This document shows, piece by piece, positions 18,503 to 27,162 of a DNA stretch of 64,000 nucleotides. The notes under the pieces were generated by a model. The model was not told the DNA's origin and did not search any database. It saw nothing but the letters and a program-made list of their open reading frames with translations. Each line of letters begins with the position of its first letter. Within the stretch, counting starts at the first letter, position 1. The stretch comes from a virus. Made by a program: the position numbers and the translations under genes. The stretch spans positions 16,517-80,516 of the IMG/VR virus record IMGVR_UViG_3300044858_001565; one strand, 5' to 3'.

Positions 18503-21055
18503 TCAAGCGAACAGAGATTCAAGAGTATTTCGTTCTTCGGGACTCCACCCCACTGCATTTGTGATTGCGCGAAGCGGTTCAAGAAATGTCTTTTCAAATT
18601 GGAGTTGGCGATTGATGTATTTCTCAAGCGCGAACTCCTTTGGGATGGATGACGGAAAACCAATGACACTTTCGTGAAATGGATTGGGTGTCTTCAAGTA
18701 GATGAACTTGATCTTCTCGCCGTCACCGATGGTGCGGTACTTCTTGTCTAGTTTCATCCGCTTTATGTGGTGATTGTACAGCAGCGCACCCTTGACTGCA
18801 ATAGGCGTGGACTTTTTGTATACGGTGCCGCTGTGTGCGTACTCTTCCATTCCCGATACGGATCGGGGAGAAGCCACATCCTCAACAGGCAGGGACATGA
18901 ACTCCTTCTCCGTTGCCTTCACAAACTGCTGAAGTGTGCCCTCGTCGCGCATGAGGATCATCTCAATGGCAGTCTTCAGTGCCTTGCGGACATACGCAGG
19001 AGTGGATGAACGGGCAGTCTCAATACCCATGATCTTGAACTTCGGAGTCTTGTAGCGGACACCCTCTGCATCCCATACGGACAGCATATACCTCTTCTTC
19101 GCAGTCCACACGCCCTGCTCGGCAATGACTTCGCGTCCCATCACCATCTTGTTGGAGTAGGCGTTCATGCAGTCCGCAAGGGTGGCGAACTCCCGCTCAA
19201 TCTGTGGCTGAATCACCCGCTCACAGAATCCGTTCAGGAAGTCCACCACCCGTTGCGTGTCCCGCTCGCCCTTGAAGGACGAATCCACCACCTTGCCAAG
19301 TCTCAAATACACGGAGTCGGTGTCCATGTAGATCACATACACCTCGCCGTCCGTCTTCAGGATGCGGTTCAGGAATCGGTTGAGTGCTTCACCGATCCAT
19401 CGGATGCTCAATTGCCCTGAAAGCGTGATGGCTTCCGCAAGCGCCACATCAAAGAATCTGAAGTATTGGTTGCCGATTGCGCCGTATGCGGAGTTCAACT
19501 GAATCTTACGCACCAACTGAAAGTTGTGATACTTGGAAATCTCGTATTCAATCTTTCGCCGCTCGGACTCGGGAGCGTTCTTGTCCAATTCCACAAGCCG
19601 CTTCTGTGCTGCAATCATCAGGCTCTTGTAGTGCTTGCGTTCCACATACATCTTTTCCATCAGTTCGGGAAGGAAGCCTTGGCGGTCGCGGACGAACGCA
19701 ACACCGTTTGCGGCAACACTCGCCCCGTCTGCCTTCGCAGCGTTGAGATATTCCGCAGGATCAACAAACTCCTTCACCGACTCTCCGCTGTTGCGGGACA
19801 GCAAGGACTCTGGAGTAATGCTCCCGCGCCGCCACACGGGATTGGTGTGCTTTGTCTCGGGCGAGATGTTGTACTGCATGATGAGGTGTGGATACAGGGA
19901 GTTCAGGTCAAAACTCACCACCCAATCGTGCTTGCCCACGATGGGGTCCATCACATACGCACCCGCGTACTGATCGTCTTTCTTTTGTTCGGTCTTCTGC
20001 GGGATCACCATGCCCTTGCTCATCAGGTGGTGGTGGATGATGGCATCCCATGTGCGAACTTGGGAAAACACATCCTCAAAGTTCACCCGTGCCGAATACG
20101 CAAGGGCTACAGCCAGTTCCATCAGTTTCAGTTTGGATTCCAAGCGGTCAACGAGCCGCACATCCTGAAGGTTATACTCCATGAACTTCTGAAAGTTCTG
20201 TGCGTAGAATTCCTGAATCGTTTCGTATTCCGCATACGACAGTTTTTCCTCACCCAACTCCACCTTGGAAATGTGGTTCAGGGAATACGCTTCCTGCTTC
20301 ACATAGGTGAAAGTCCTGTACAACTCAAGGTAGTCAAGGGTGGCTACACCGCTAATCACATACGCGGTCTGATCGCGTCCCATGCGGTTCACCACAGTCT
20401 CGCGCAGTCTGCCCCACGGCGAGAGGGAGTTTCCCCATCCTTCTTCAAGATAGTTCATCCGTGCCACAAGGTACGGAATGTCAAAGAAACGGATGTTCCA
20501 TCCTGTCACGATGTCGGGATCAAGGAACTTCCACAGTTCAATGAATCCCGCGAGGAGTTCTCGTTCGTCATCGTAAGGAATGCAGGACACTCCCTCTCCC
20601 TCAATATGAAAGTCTCCCAAGCCTAGCACATAGGTCTTGTCACCCATTGAGATCGTGATCGCAATGACTCGCTCCGTGGGAGCGGAGGGCGTGGGAAAAC
20701 CGCCGTCACACGATGTCTCAATGTCCAAGTTGGCTATGCGGAGGCTGCTGAAGTCATAATCCACTTCATTGGGAAACTCCTTGTAAAGGTATTGGTAAAC
20801 AAAGTTCGTGTTGCCGTAGATTGGATAGTTCCCCACATCCTTGAACTTATCCATGAACTCTCGGGCTTCTCCAATACCGTCAAACTGCACAGGCTGCACA
20901 GGCTTGCCGTTGATGGTGGTGAACTCCCCCGCCTCCTTGGACGGAATGTATAGTGTGGGACAGAACGGAACGCGGAGGTGCTGCCTCTGCCCGTTCTTCC
21001 ATCCACGATACAGGATGTTCTTGCCACGAATATCAACGGAAGTGTAGAAGTCCAT
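18503..21055 (-). CDS. gp43: Family B DNA polymerase (T4 gp43)
   Basis: LDIET, TGWNIRFFDIPY, SFDLNSLYPH, KIQLNSAYG, YMDTDS, KKRY; start at MDFYTSV. Confidence 0.97.
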   Translation of the reverse strand: MDFYTSVDIRGKNILYRGWKNGQRQHLRVPFCPTLYIPSKEAGEFTTINGKPVQPVQFDGIGEAREFMDKFKDVGNYPIYGNTNFVYQYLYKEFPNEVDYDFSSLRIANLDIETSCDGGFPTPSAPTERVIAITISMGDKTYVLGLGDFHIEGEGVSCIPYDDERELLAGFIELWKFLDPDIVTGWNIRFFDIPYLVARMNYLEEGWGNSLSPWGRLRETVVNRMGRDQTAYVISGVATLDYLELYRTFTYVKQEAYSLNHISKVELGEEKLSYAEYETIQEFYAQNFQKFMEYNLQDVRLVDRLESKLKLMELAVALAYSARVNFEDVFSQVRTWDAIIHHHLMSKGMVIPQKTEQKKDDQYAGAYVMDPIVGKHDWVVSFDLNSLYPHLIMQYNISPETKHTNPVWRRGSITPESLLSRNSGESVKEFVDPAEYLNAAKADGASVAANGVAFVRDRQGFLPELMEKMYVERKHYKSLMIAAQKRLVELDKNAPESERRKIEYEISKYHNFQLVRKIQLNSAYGAIGNQYFRFFDVALAEAITLSGQLSIRWIGEALNRFLNRILKTDGEVYVIYMDTDSVYLRLGKVVDSSFKGERDTQRVVDFLNGFCERVIQPQIEREFATLADCMNAYSNKMVMGREVIAEQGVWTAKKRYMLSVWDAEGVRYKTPKFKIMGIETARSSTPAYVRKALKTAIEMILMRDEGTLQQFVKATEKEFMSLPVEDVASPRSVSGMEEYAHSGTVYKKSTPIAVKGALLYNHHIKRMKLDKKYRTIGDGEKIKFIYLKTPNPFHESVIGFPSSIPKEFALEKYINRQLQFEKTFLEPLRAITNAVGWSPEERNTLESLFA

Positions 21056-21318
21056 TATCGCTCCACTACGGCAACCCAATCCTGATGCACCATGTCCTTG
21101 TCTTCGTGACCCTGCCCCTTGTTCTGTGTACGATCCCAAAGAACACGGTCACCTACGCGAATGTCTTCCGACAGTTTATCACCGATTGCCACAACCGTAG
21201 CCCAAATGTAGCGAGAATTGATTATTTCGTTGTAAACAATTCCTGCCGATGTGGTGGTCTGACCTCCAAGGTGAGACTGCACCCAAATCCATTTTCCAAT
21301 TGGCTTGAATTTACCCAT
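21055..21318 (-). CDS. groES: GroES-like co-chaperonin
   Basis: FKPIGKWIWV...TTSAGIV...ATVVAIG...IRVGDRVLW matches the Cpn10 pattern. Confidence 0.75.
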   Translation of the reverse strand: MGKFKPIGKWIWVQSHLGGQTTTSAGIVYNEIINSRYIWATVVAIGDKLSEDIRVGDRVLWDRTQNKGQGHEDKDMVHQDWVAVVER

Positions 21319-22276
21319 TTAGAATCTCCTCAAGTGTTTGTGGAACGGCTTCCTTGATCCGTTCCTCTGCGATTTTAACATATTCAGGATTCAGTTCTGT
21401 TCCGATGTAGTTGCGTCCATTTTTGAGTGCAACCACAGCAGTGGTGCCGCTGCCTGTGAACGGATCAAACACAGTGCCTCCCACGGGGCATCCTGCCAGC
21501 ACACACGGCTCAATCAGGTTCTCGGGATACACCGCAAAGTGTGCGCCCTTGTAGCCTTTTGAGTTTACCGTCCAGACAGACCGCTTGTTTTTTAGTCCAC
21601 TACTCAAATTACCAACAGCCTTCATGTTACCGTTGGTCTTTGCTCCACCGTTTGCTCGGGTAGAACCAGTTTGTGATTGGATGTTCTGTTGTAGTCGTGA
21701 AACGGAACTTTCTGCCAGTGGCTCCTTGATGGCTTCAAAATCGTAGTAATACTTGGGCTTCTTGGACAGAAGGAAGATGTATTCATGCGACTTTGTGCAG
21801 CGGTCTTCCACGCTTTCGGGCATGGGATTTGGCTTGCTCCAAATTATGTCCTGCCGCAGATACCACCCGTCCGCTTGCAGCGCAAAGGCTACGCGCCAAG
21901 GAATGCCAATCAAGTCCTTGGTCTTCAGCCCCTTCTGATCTTTGCGGTTTGCAGGAACAAAGTCTGAAGGCATTCCGCGCTGACCGCCCTGAGTCTGCGG
22001 GGGCGGGGCGCAGTTCTTTGCGCTCATGTACGAGTCGCCAAGGTTCAGCCACAGGGTGCCGTCATCACGCAGGATACGGCGCACCTCGCGGAATACTTCG
22101 GTCATCTTCTGCACATAACCCTCAACGGTGTCTTCTTGACCGATCTCGCTGTCCCCGCCACCGTAGTCGCGGAGTCCGAAATAGGGAGGTGATGTAATGC
22201 AAGTGTTAACGATTCCATCGGGCAGCGTCTTCATGCCCTCAATGCAGTCTCCGACAATAATGCGGTGGGTGTTCAT
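21311..22276 (-). CDS. N4-C/N6-A DNA methyltransferase (beta class)
   Basis: TSPPY catalytic motif precedes VFDPFTGSGTT SAM-binding motif; WSKPNPMPES. Confidence 0.93.
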   Translation of the reverse strand: MNTHRIIVGDCIEGMKTLPDGIVNTCITSPPYFGLRDYGGGDSEIGQEDTVEGYVQKMTEVFREVRRILRDDGTLWLNLGDSYMSAKNCAPPPQTQGGQRGMPSDFVPANRKDQKGLKTKDLIGIPWRVAFALQADGWYLRQDIIWSKPNPMPESVEDRCTKSHEYIFLLSKKPKYYYDFEAIKEPLAESSVSRLQQNIQSQTGSTRANGGAKTNGNMKAVGNLSSGLKNKRSVWTVNSKGYKGAHFAVYPENLIEPCVLAGCPVGGTVFDPFTGSGTTAVVALKNGRNYIGTELNPEYVKIAEERIKEAVPQTLEEILNG

Positions 22277-22297
22277 ATACTATTATTCCACATAATT

Positions 22298-22882
22298 CTA
22301 CTTGTCTGATATTCCTATAACGACAACTGGAACAGAAGGGGATGTGTTTCCTATCATGTTTAAATCCCACACTAATTGTTCGTAACATGATACACCACTA
22401 CACATAGATTCCGCAAATCTTTTTGTTGGAACTATTTCTACACCACAGTCTATTAATCCTAGTTTCTTAAAAACTGGAATCTTTCCTAGAATGTCATAGA
22501 CCATGAATGAATATTTACCAAACTGAACTTCCACTCCAACTTTAGATTTTACAAAATCAATTTCTCTGAAACCTTTCAAAAATTTGGTTTGGGGCACAAC
22601 CCCGTCCTTGTACTGAAGAGGAACATAATCACAGTCTATTCTCTTTCTTTCCCACCCACCATCAATATCTTGTGTTCCGAAGAGTCTTTTAAACTCCGAA
22701 TTCAATTTCACCTGACTATACAGAAGTTTTCCTTTCATCTTCTTCTCTTTGCTAACCTTCGTTTTAAACTTACGAGCATTTATCTTTTCTATAACTGTCT
22801 GAATTTGTTTTAACTCGCAATTATGATATTCGTTCATAAACTCTATACCACCATTGAACGAATAAATTGAAGATATTTTCAC
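22298..22882 (-). CDS. BglII/BstYI-family type II restriction endonuclease
   Basis: IYSFNGG, FREIDFVKSKVGVEVQFGKYSFMVYD, GVEIVP; GTG start at 22882 after AAAGGAG; AT-rich. Confidence 0.85.
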   Translation of the reverse strand: MKISSIYSFNGGIEFMNEYHNCELKQIQTVIEKINARKFKTKVSKEKKMKGKLLYSQVKLNSEFKRLFGTQDIDGGWERKRIDCDYVPLQYKDGVVPQTKFLKGFREIDFVKSKVGVEVQFGKYSFMVYDILGKIPVFKKLGLIDCGVEIVPTKRFAESMCSGVSCYEQLVWDLNMIGNTSPSVPVVVIGISDK

Positions 22883-22904
22883 TTGCTGGTCTCCTTTACG
22901 ATAA

Positions 22905-23300
22905 TCATCTGATATCTCCGTATCCCATCCCACGCACAAAGAAATGCTCTTCGTGCTGCTGAAACCCAAAGCACTCCCGTGCGTAGTCAAGAATGATCTG
23001 CTTGTCAAACTTGTTGCACGAATACACATCAAGGGTAATGAATCGCTTTGGTTCCATTGAGTGAATCTGAATACCGCTCTCAATGAGTGGAACCCATCCG
23101 CTGACTCCTGCCTTGTCGGGATAGAGTTCCACACCAAAAGCAGTTGGACCGTGAATCACGATGGGCTGACTCATGCGGGTCATGCCGATCTTGTCCACCA
23201 CTCGCTCAAGAAAGCGGTAGTGGAGTTCTAGATCATCGGCTGCACCGATGCGACAGTTGTACATATCAAGGTAATACGAATATCCGAATGGCTTGCTCAT
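22905..23300 (-). CDS. speD: S-adenosylmethionine decarboxylase proenzyme
   Basis: GVSGWVPLIES(G)IQIHS...LDVYSCNKFD; ES self-cleavage (pyruvoyl) site. Confidence 0.8.
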   Translation of the reverse strand: MSKPFGYSYYLDMYNCRIGAADDLELHYRFLERVVDKIGMTRMSQPIVIHGPTAFGVELYPDKAGVSGWVPLIESGIQIHSMEPKRFITLDVYSCNKFDKQIILDYARECFGFQQHEEHFFVRGMGYGDIR

Positions 23301-24106
23301 GTGAAAAAATCCTCTAATGTTGGCTTGCTCTTTAGCGGCTTGCCTGTAATCAATGCGTCCAAATCGTCTTCACCCAATCCTAGTCCGTCCGCAAGTTGTC
23401 GCACAAACTCCCATGCTCGTTCAGGGCTGACCCGCTCAGTATACAGGCGGAAATGATCGGGCGCAAGAGCAATCGCTTCGGGAAGGAGTTTTGCATTTTT
23501 TGATTGATTTTCGGAGCCTTCAAGTATTCTCAAGTTGAGGGGGTGATGGATGCCACCGTGAATGATCGGAAGAATATGGTCAATGTGATATTCTCGTCCT
23601 GTCTCCCTTTGGAGTTCTTGGCGAGTGCGTTCTAAAATGAGAAGTTGTTGGTTTTCATTTGCGGTCAAGTGAATTGATGCATTTCTCTCTCTGCATCTTC
23701 GTCTTCTACCTCTTTCCGCTACTCGTTCGGGATTGCGTTCACGCCAAGCCTTGCTTGCTGCCGCTGCTCGTTCGGGATTGCGTTCAGCCCAAGCCTTGCG
23801 TACTGCCGCTGCTCGTTCACGATTGAGTTCACGCCAAGCCTTGTCTGTTTCCGCTTTCCGTTCACGATTGCGTTCAGCCCAAGCCTTGGCTACTGCTGCT
23901 TTCCGTTCACGATTGCGTTCACGCCAAGCCTTGTCTGCTGCCGCTTTCTGTTCACGATTGCGTTCACGCCAAGCCTTGCGTACTGCCAATGCTTGTTCAC
24001 GATTGCGTTCATACCAAGCCTTGGCTACTGCCGCTACTCGTTCACGATTGCGTTCACGATAAGCCTTTTCTGTTGCCTTCTTTTTTTCGGGATCTTTGTA
24101 TGCCAC
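23297..24106 (-). CDS. HNH endonuclease with N-terminal helical repeats
   Basis: YHIDHILPIIHGGIHHPLNLRILEGSENQSK. Confidence 0.85.
   Translation of the reverse strand: MAYKDPEKKKATEKAYRERNRERVAAVAKAWYERNREQALAVRKAWRERNREQKAAADKAWRERNRERKAAVAKAWAERNRERKAETDKAWRELNRERAAAVRKAWAERNPERAAAASKAWRERNPERVAERGRRRRCRERNASIHLTANENQQLLILERTRQELQRETGREYHIDHILPIIHGGIHHPLNLRILEGSENQSKNAKLLPEAIALAPDHFRLYTERVSPERAWEFVRQLADGLGLGEDDLDALITGKPLKSKPTLEDFFT
23715..24070 (-). repeat. 45-bp tandem repeat (about 8 units), coding
   Basis: Recurring cgttcacgattgcgttca.g.ccaagccttg; encodes KAWRERNRERxAAxx. Confidence 0.9.
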
Positions 24107-24109
24107 ATC

Positions 24110-24496
24110 TCACCCCCGCATCGCCTTCACGATCTTACGCCAATACTTCAGGGTTCCCGACAGGCGGTGCCCCTTTGGACCGCCGTTGTGAATCCGTGCC
24201 AACTGCTCAACAGTCGCGCCCTTCGGGGCATACCGCGTCCAATACGCACGGATGATCCGCTCCGAATACGCCTTGTCCATGCAGTCACGATACGAGCCGC
24301 CGATGGAAGGATCGTGTTCCACAGCGTCCTGCCAGTACTCGCGCCAAATCTGATACGGACCAATGGCGCGTCCACCGTCACCCACAAGATTCTTGCCACT
24401 GGTGGACTCCACCGCATACATGGCATCAAGCAGAGGACGGGTATCAACGGTGGGGGGAACAAGGCACAGAACTGCGGACAGAATCAAACCAAACAT
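24110..24496 (-). CDS. Lysozyme-fold protein resembling i-type lysozyme, with signal peptide
   Basis: AVES...GPYQIWREYWQDA...C....YSERIIRAYWTRY...LARIHNGGPKG...YW; hydrophobic N-terminus. Confidence 0.7.
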   Translation of the reverse strand: MFGLILSAVLCLVPPTVDTRPLLDAMYAVESTSGKNLVGDGGRAIGPYQIWREYWQDAVEHDPSIGGSYRDCMDKAYSERIIRAYWTRYAPKGATVEQLARIHNGGPKGHRLSGTLKYWRKIVKAMRG

Positions 24497-25416
24497 GGCG
24501 AGTAGACCTTTCTGTACTCTAGTAGAGCCAAATCCTTTGCTTTGGCTTCAATCATCACATCGTACTCCACCGTATCCGACAGTGGAGGAATTTCCTTGCG
24601 AATGTAGTCGGAGTGGGCTTGCGGTCGCGCACCTTCCTTGGATTCGGAGTAGTGAACTTTTGGAATCTCGCAGAAGCCGCTCCATGTGCGGAATGCCATG
24701 TCTGCTGCTTCGCGCAGGGACTCCTGCTGACAGAAGCGGTGGTGGTGGATGTCCAACACTAGTTTCACAGTGCAGTGCTTGCCAACCTCCTTGAACAGTT
24801 CGGTCATGCTCCACATTGAGGGCTTGTCATCGTTCTCAAGTGTGAGCCGCCGCTTGATGTTGTCAGGGAGTCGGGAGAACTCGCGGAGAAACCGCCCTGC
24901 GGTTTGGTGCTTGTCGCCGTAGACTCCGCCCATGTGGATGTTGATGGCAAACTCGTCCCCGTAGCCCAACAGGTCTGCAATGAGCGAGTGCATTTGGAGA
25001 CACAGCACACTCTTCTTAACGGTGTCGGGATCAGGGGACGCAATACAGGTGTAAGGACCGGGATGGCACGACAGGCGCAACCCGTTTGCCTTGCCGTAGT
25101 CCCCTGCTGCCTTCAGTGCCGCACGGATTGCCCCTTCGTGTTGTGGGGACAACTTCCCGATCCCGTAGCCAAGTGTGGGGTGATCCATGAACGGAAACAT
25201 CCCGCTGCCAATGCGGAAGAATCGAATCCCGTTGGCAACATTCCACTGTAGGATGGGGAGGAGATCGGCAGCGTTCCGCGCACCAAGTTCTCCCACACGC
25301 TCTAGAGAAAAGCGATCCATCCGCAGGGTTCGGTCTGTGAAGAACCGATCCTTTGCTTTCCGTCCCTCACACAGGGACAGGTTTTGACAGGCGTAGCCTA
25401 GGTGTCGGATGGGCAT
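24484..25416 (-). CDS. uvsE: UV damage endonuclease (UvsE/UVDE)
   Basis: LGYAC, RLSCHPGPY, INIHMGGVYGDK, LTLENDDK, LDIHHH, PKVHYSES, AHSDY, MIEAKAKDLA. Confidence 0.93.
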   Translation of the reverse strand: MPIRHLGYACQNLSLCEGRKAKDRFFTDRTLRMDRFSLERVGELGARNAADLLPILQWNVANGIRFFRIGSGMFPFMDHPTLGYGIGKLSPQHEGAIRAALKAAGDYGKANGLRLSCHPGPYTCIASPDPDTVKKSVLCLQMHSLIADLLGYGDEFAINIHMGGVYGDKHQTAGRFLREFSRLPDNIKRRLTLENDDKPSMWSMTELFKEVGKHCTVKLVLDIHHHRFCQQESLREAADMAFRTWSGFCEIPKVHYSESKEGARPQAHSDYIRKEIPPLSDTVEYDVMIEAKAKDLALLEYRKVYSPCLV

Positions 25417-25422
25417 GGGTGC

Positions 25423-25431
25423 AGTATAGCA
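25423..25431 (-). promoter_or_regulatory. Extended -10 promoter (TGcTATACT), probably leaderless uvsE mRNA
   Basis: TGCTATACT lies 6 nt upstream of ATG 25416; no SD. Confidence 0.5.
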
Positions 25432-25467
25432 GACGGCATTATTTCAATCTACCGTGGACTGAATATT

Positions 25468-25794
25468 TTACGGCTTCTGTGCTTCTTTGTCTTTCAAATA
25501 TGCAGCAAGCAGCACCATGTAATTAATAACATCCACACAGGTGTCCTTGAAAGACTCGTCCTTGATGTGCATCTTACCAGCGCGGACAAACGAGGACAGG
25601 CGACTCATCTTGTCCGTGAGGCGCACCATGAACCCCTGCTCTGTCTTGCAGATGCCCATAGCCTCCACACGGGTAAAGTTTGCAAACGGCTCAAGCCCTT
25701 CGTTTCCTGCGTAGTCCCGATTCTTCAGGCTCATCAGGTCACGGGCTTCCTTTGTGATCTCTTCGTGAAACTTCAGCAGTTCATCTCGGGTCAT
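25468..25794 (-). CDS. DUF1599 / nucleotide-modification-associated domain 1-like protein
   Basis: KNRDYAG...FANF...VRLTDKMSRL...DESFKDTCVDVINY. Confidence 0.7.
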   Translation of the reverse strand: MTRDELLKFHEEITKEARDLMSLKNRDYAGNEGLEPFANFTRVEAMGICKTEQGFMVRLTDKMSRLSSFVRAGKMHIKDESFKDTCVDVINYMVLLAAYLKDKEAQKP

Positions 25795-26369
25795 GGCTGT
25801 GCTCCTGGGTTTGCGTCCCAACTAAACTGTCCTGTGCTGCCGAATCCACCGTCGCGCTGTGTCTTCTGCATGGGTGGGTGGTCAATCCGTGCCAGCGACA
25901 CGGGCTGATTCCGCACCAGTTCGCCTTGGCAAATGCGCGACCCGTTAGGAACGGACACGATGCACGACGAGATTGCGGTGACCATGATCTTCAATTCGTC
26001 CGTGTAGTCGGAGTCAATTACCCCCTCCGCATTCGCAAGCACCAAGCCCTCCTTCAGCGCAAGTCCGCTCCGTGCATGGAGCCGAACGGAGTAGCCCTGC
26101 GGAATATCCAAAATCAGTCCTGTGGGAATGAGGAAACGCCAACCCGCAGGCACATCCAACACCCCATTCGTGGGGTGGAGTTCCATGCGGACATTCTGTG
26201 GTCCGTAGGCAACCACTGTCTTGTATGCGGTCCAGTCACCTTCGGAATTGGTGGGATCGTGATGGAATCGGGCACAGATGTCAAAACACGCAGAGCCGTC
26301 TGTGGCAAACGCGGGAACCTCTGCGCCTGTGTCTGGAATGATATAGAAACCGAGTGTGGGTGTATCCAT
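25791..26369 (-). CDS. dut: Trimeric dUTPase
   Basis: GSACFD, IPTGL, ARSGLA, GVIDSDY, RICQG, RDGGFGSTG. Confidence 0.95.
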   Translation of the reverse strand: MDTPTLGFYIIPDTGAEVPAFATDGSACFDICARFHHDPTNSEGDWTAYKTVVAYGPQNVRMELHPTNGVLDVPAGWRFLIPTGLILDIPQGYSVRLHARSGLALKEGLVLANAEGVIDSDYTDELKIMVTAISSCIVSVPNGSRICQGELVRNQPVSLARIDHPPMQKTQRDGGFGSTGQFSWDANPGAQP

Positions 26370-26390
26370 GATGTAGTCTCCTTGGGGTGG

Positions 26391-26418
26391 AGTATAGCAC
26401 AGGGTGCAGGAGTGTCAA
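26391..26418 (-). promoter_or_regulatory. Sigma70-type promoter upstream of dut
   Basis: TTGACA-16 nt-TATACT with TG extension; AAGGAG SD downstream. Confidence 0.75.
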
Positions 26419-26630
26419 TCGTTTTGCTTCAGGATTTTGGTGAACTTTTCTTTTTGCAAAATTACCCCTGTGAGTTCATCGGTTTTCAGCACAGAGCGGT
26501 TGTTTGTTTTTTGAAGCACCACACCGCTTGGCTTGGGTTTCACCGAGATTTCGCTTGTCCGCACCACCACCTTGCCCTCTGTCTGCTTGGGCTTAGTGTC
26601 GTGGGAACGGGTCTTGATCCGTATCTTCAT
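26415..26630 (-). CDS. Small basic hypothetical protein
   Basis: 71 aa, K/R-rich, ATGA overlap with upstream gene. Confidence 0.45.
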   Translation of the reverse strand: MKIRIKTRSHDTKPKQTEGKVVVRTSEISVKPKPSGVVLQKTNNRSVLKTDELTGVILQKEKFTKILKQND

Positions 26631-26947
26631 GTTATTTCAAGCACCGAAACCACTGCATGAACAGAACCGGTATTACCTGCTGTGGCACGGAGAGTGTCGT
26701 TTTCCTGCAACACCAACGAAGAGTCAAGTGCCTGTAATGATGTGCTGTTTGGAAGCACTCCGCGAGTGAGGAGTGAATACGCCGTGAGTCCACGAACCAT
26801 TTCAAGAGTAACGGTGGTGGAGTTTGAAGGGTGAACATTTGAAAACACTACGGCATTGACAATGGCAGTTCCGCTCAAGCCCGGATATAGTGCTGTTGCA
26901 GCAGTGGTTCCCATGACTACAGGATAACTTCGGTATGTGTTAGGCAT
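26627..26947 (-). CDS. Small beta-rich virion adaptor-type protein
   Basis: MPNTYRS...LVLQENDTLRA...VSVLEIT pattern common in phage fibre clusters. Confidence 0.6.
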   Translation of the reverse strand: MPNTYRSYPVVMGTTAATALYPGLSGTAIVNAVVFSNVHPSNSTTVTLEMVRGLTAYSLLTRGVLPNSTSLQALDSSLVLQENDTLRATAGNTGSVHAVVSVLEIT

Positions 26948-27152
26948 TGGTGTCCTCGCTCTGTTCGTCCGCAGTGATTCCAAAATGGGTCAGTGCATCG
27001 GTTCGTGAACCAAACCACCACCACCCGTTCACAGGATATGTATGGGTTGAGTGGCTGTCCCTGTACAGGGCAAAGTCTGGTCCTTCCACGAAATTTGGTC
27101 CGTAGAAGAGTTCGGTGTTTTCTAGTTTGTAAAATCCTGATGTGTCTTCCAT
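26940..27152 (-). CDS. Hypothetical protein (possible fibre chaperone)
   Basis: SGFYK..LFYGPNFV...YPVNGWWWF; SD AAAGAGGA. Confidence 0.55.
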   Translation of the reverse strand: MEDTSGFYKLENTELFYGPNFVEGPDFALYRDSHSTHTYPVNGWWWFGSRTDALTHFGITADEQSEDTNA

Positions 27153-27162
27153 ATGGTCCTCT

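Noticed and set aside
15389-20626. Long plus-strand ORFs (15724-16686, 17103-18149, 19466-20626) and similar ones elsewhere
   Set aside because: They are antisense shadows of gp41, uvsX and gp43 with no recognisable motifs; minus-strand genes already tile the region
23715-24070. 45-bp repeats as an origin or mini-CRISPR
   Set aside because: They lie in frame within the HNH gene and have no spacers
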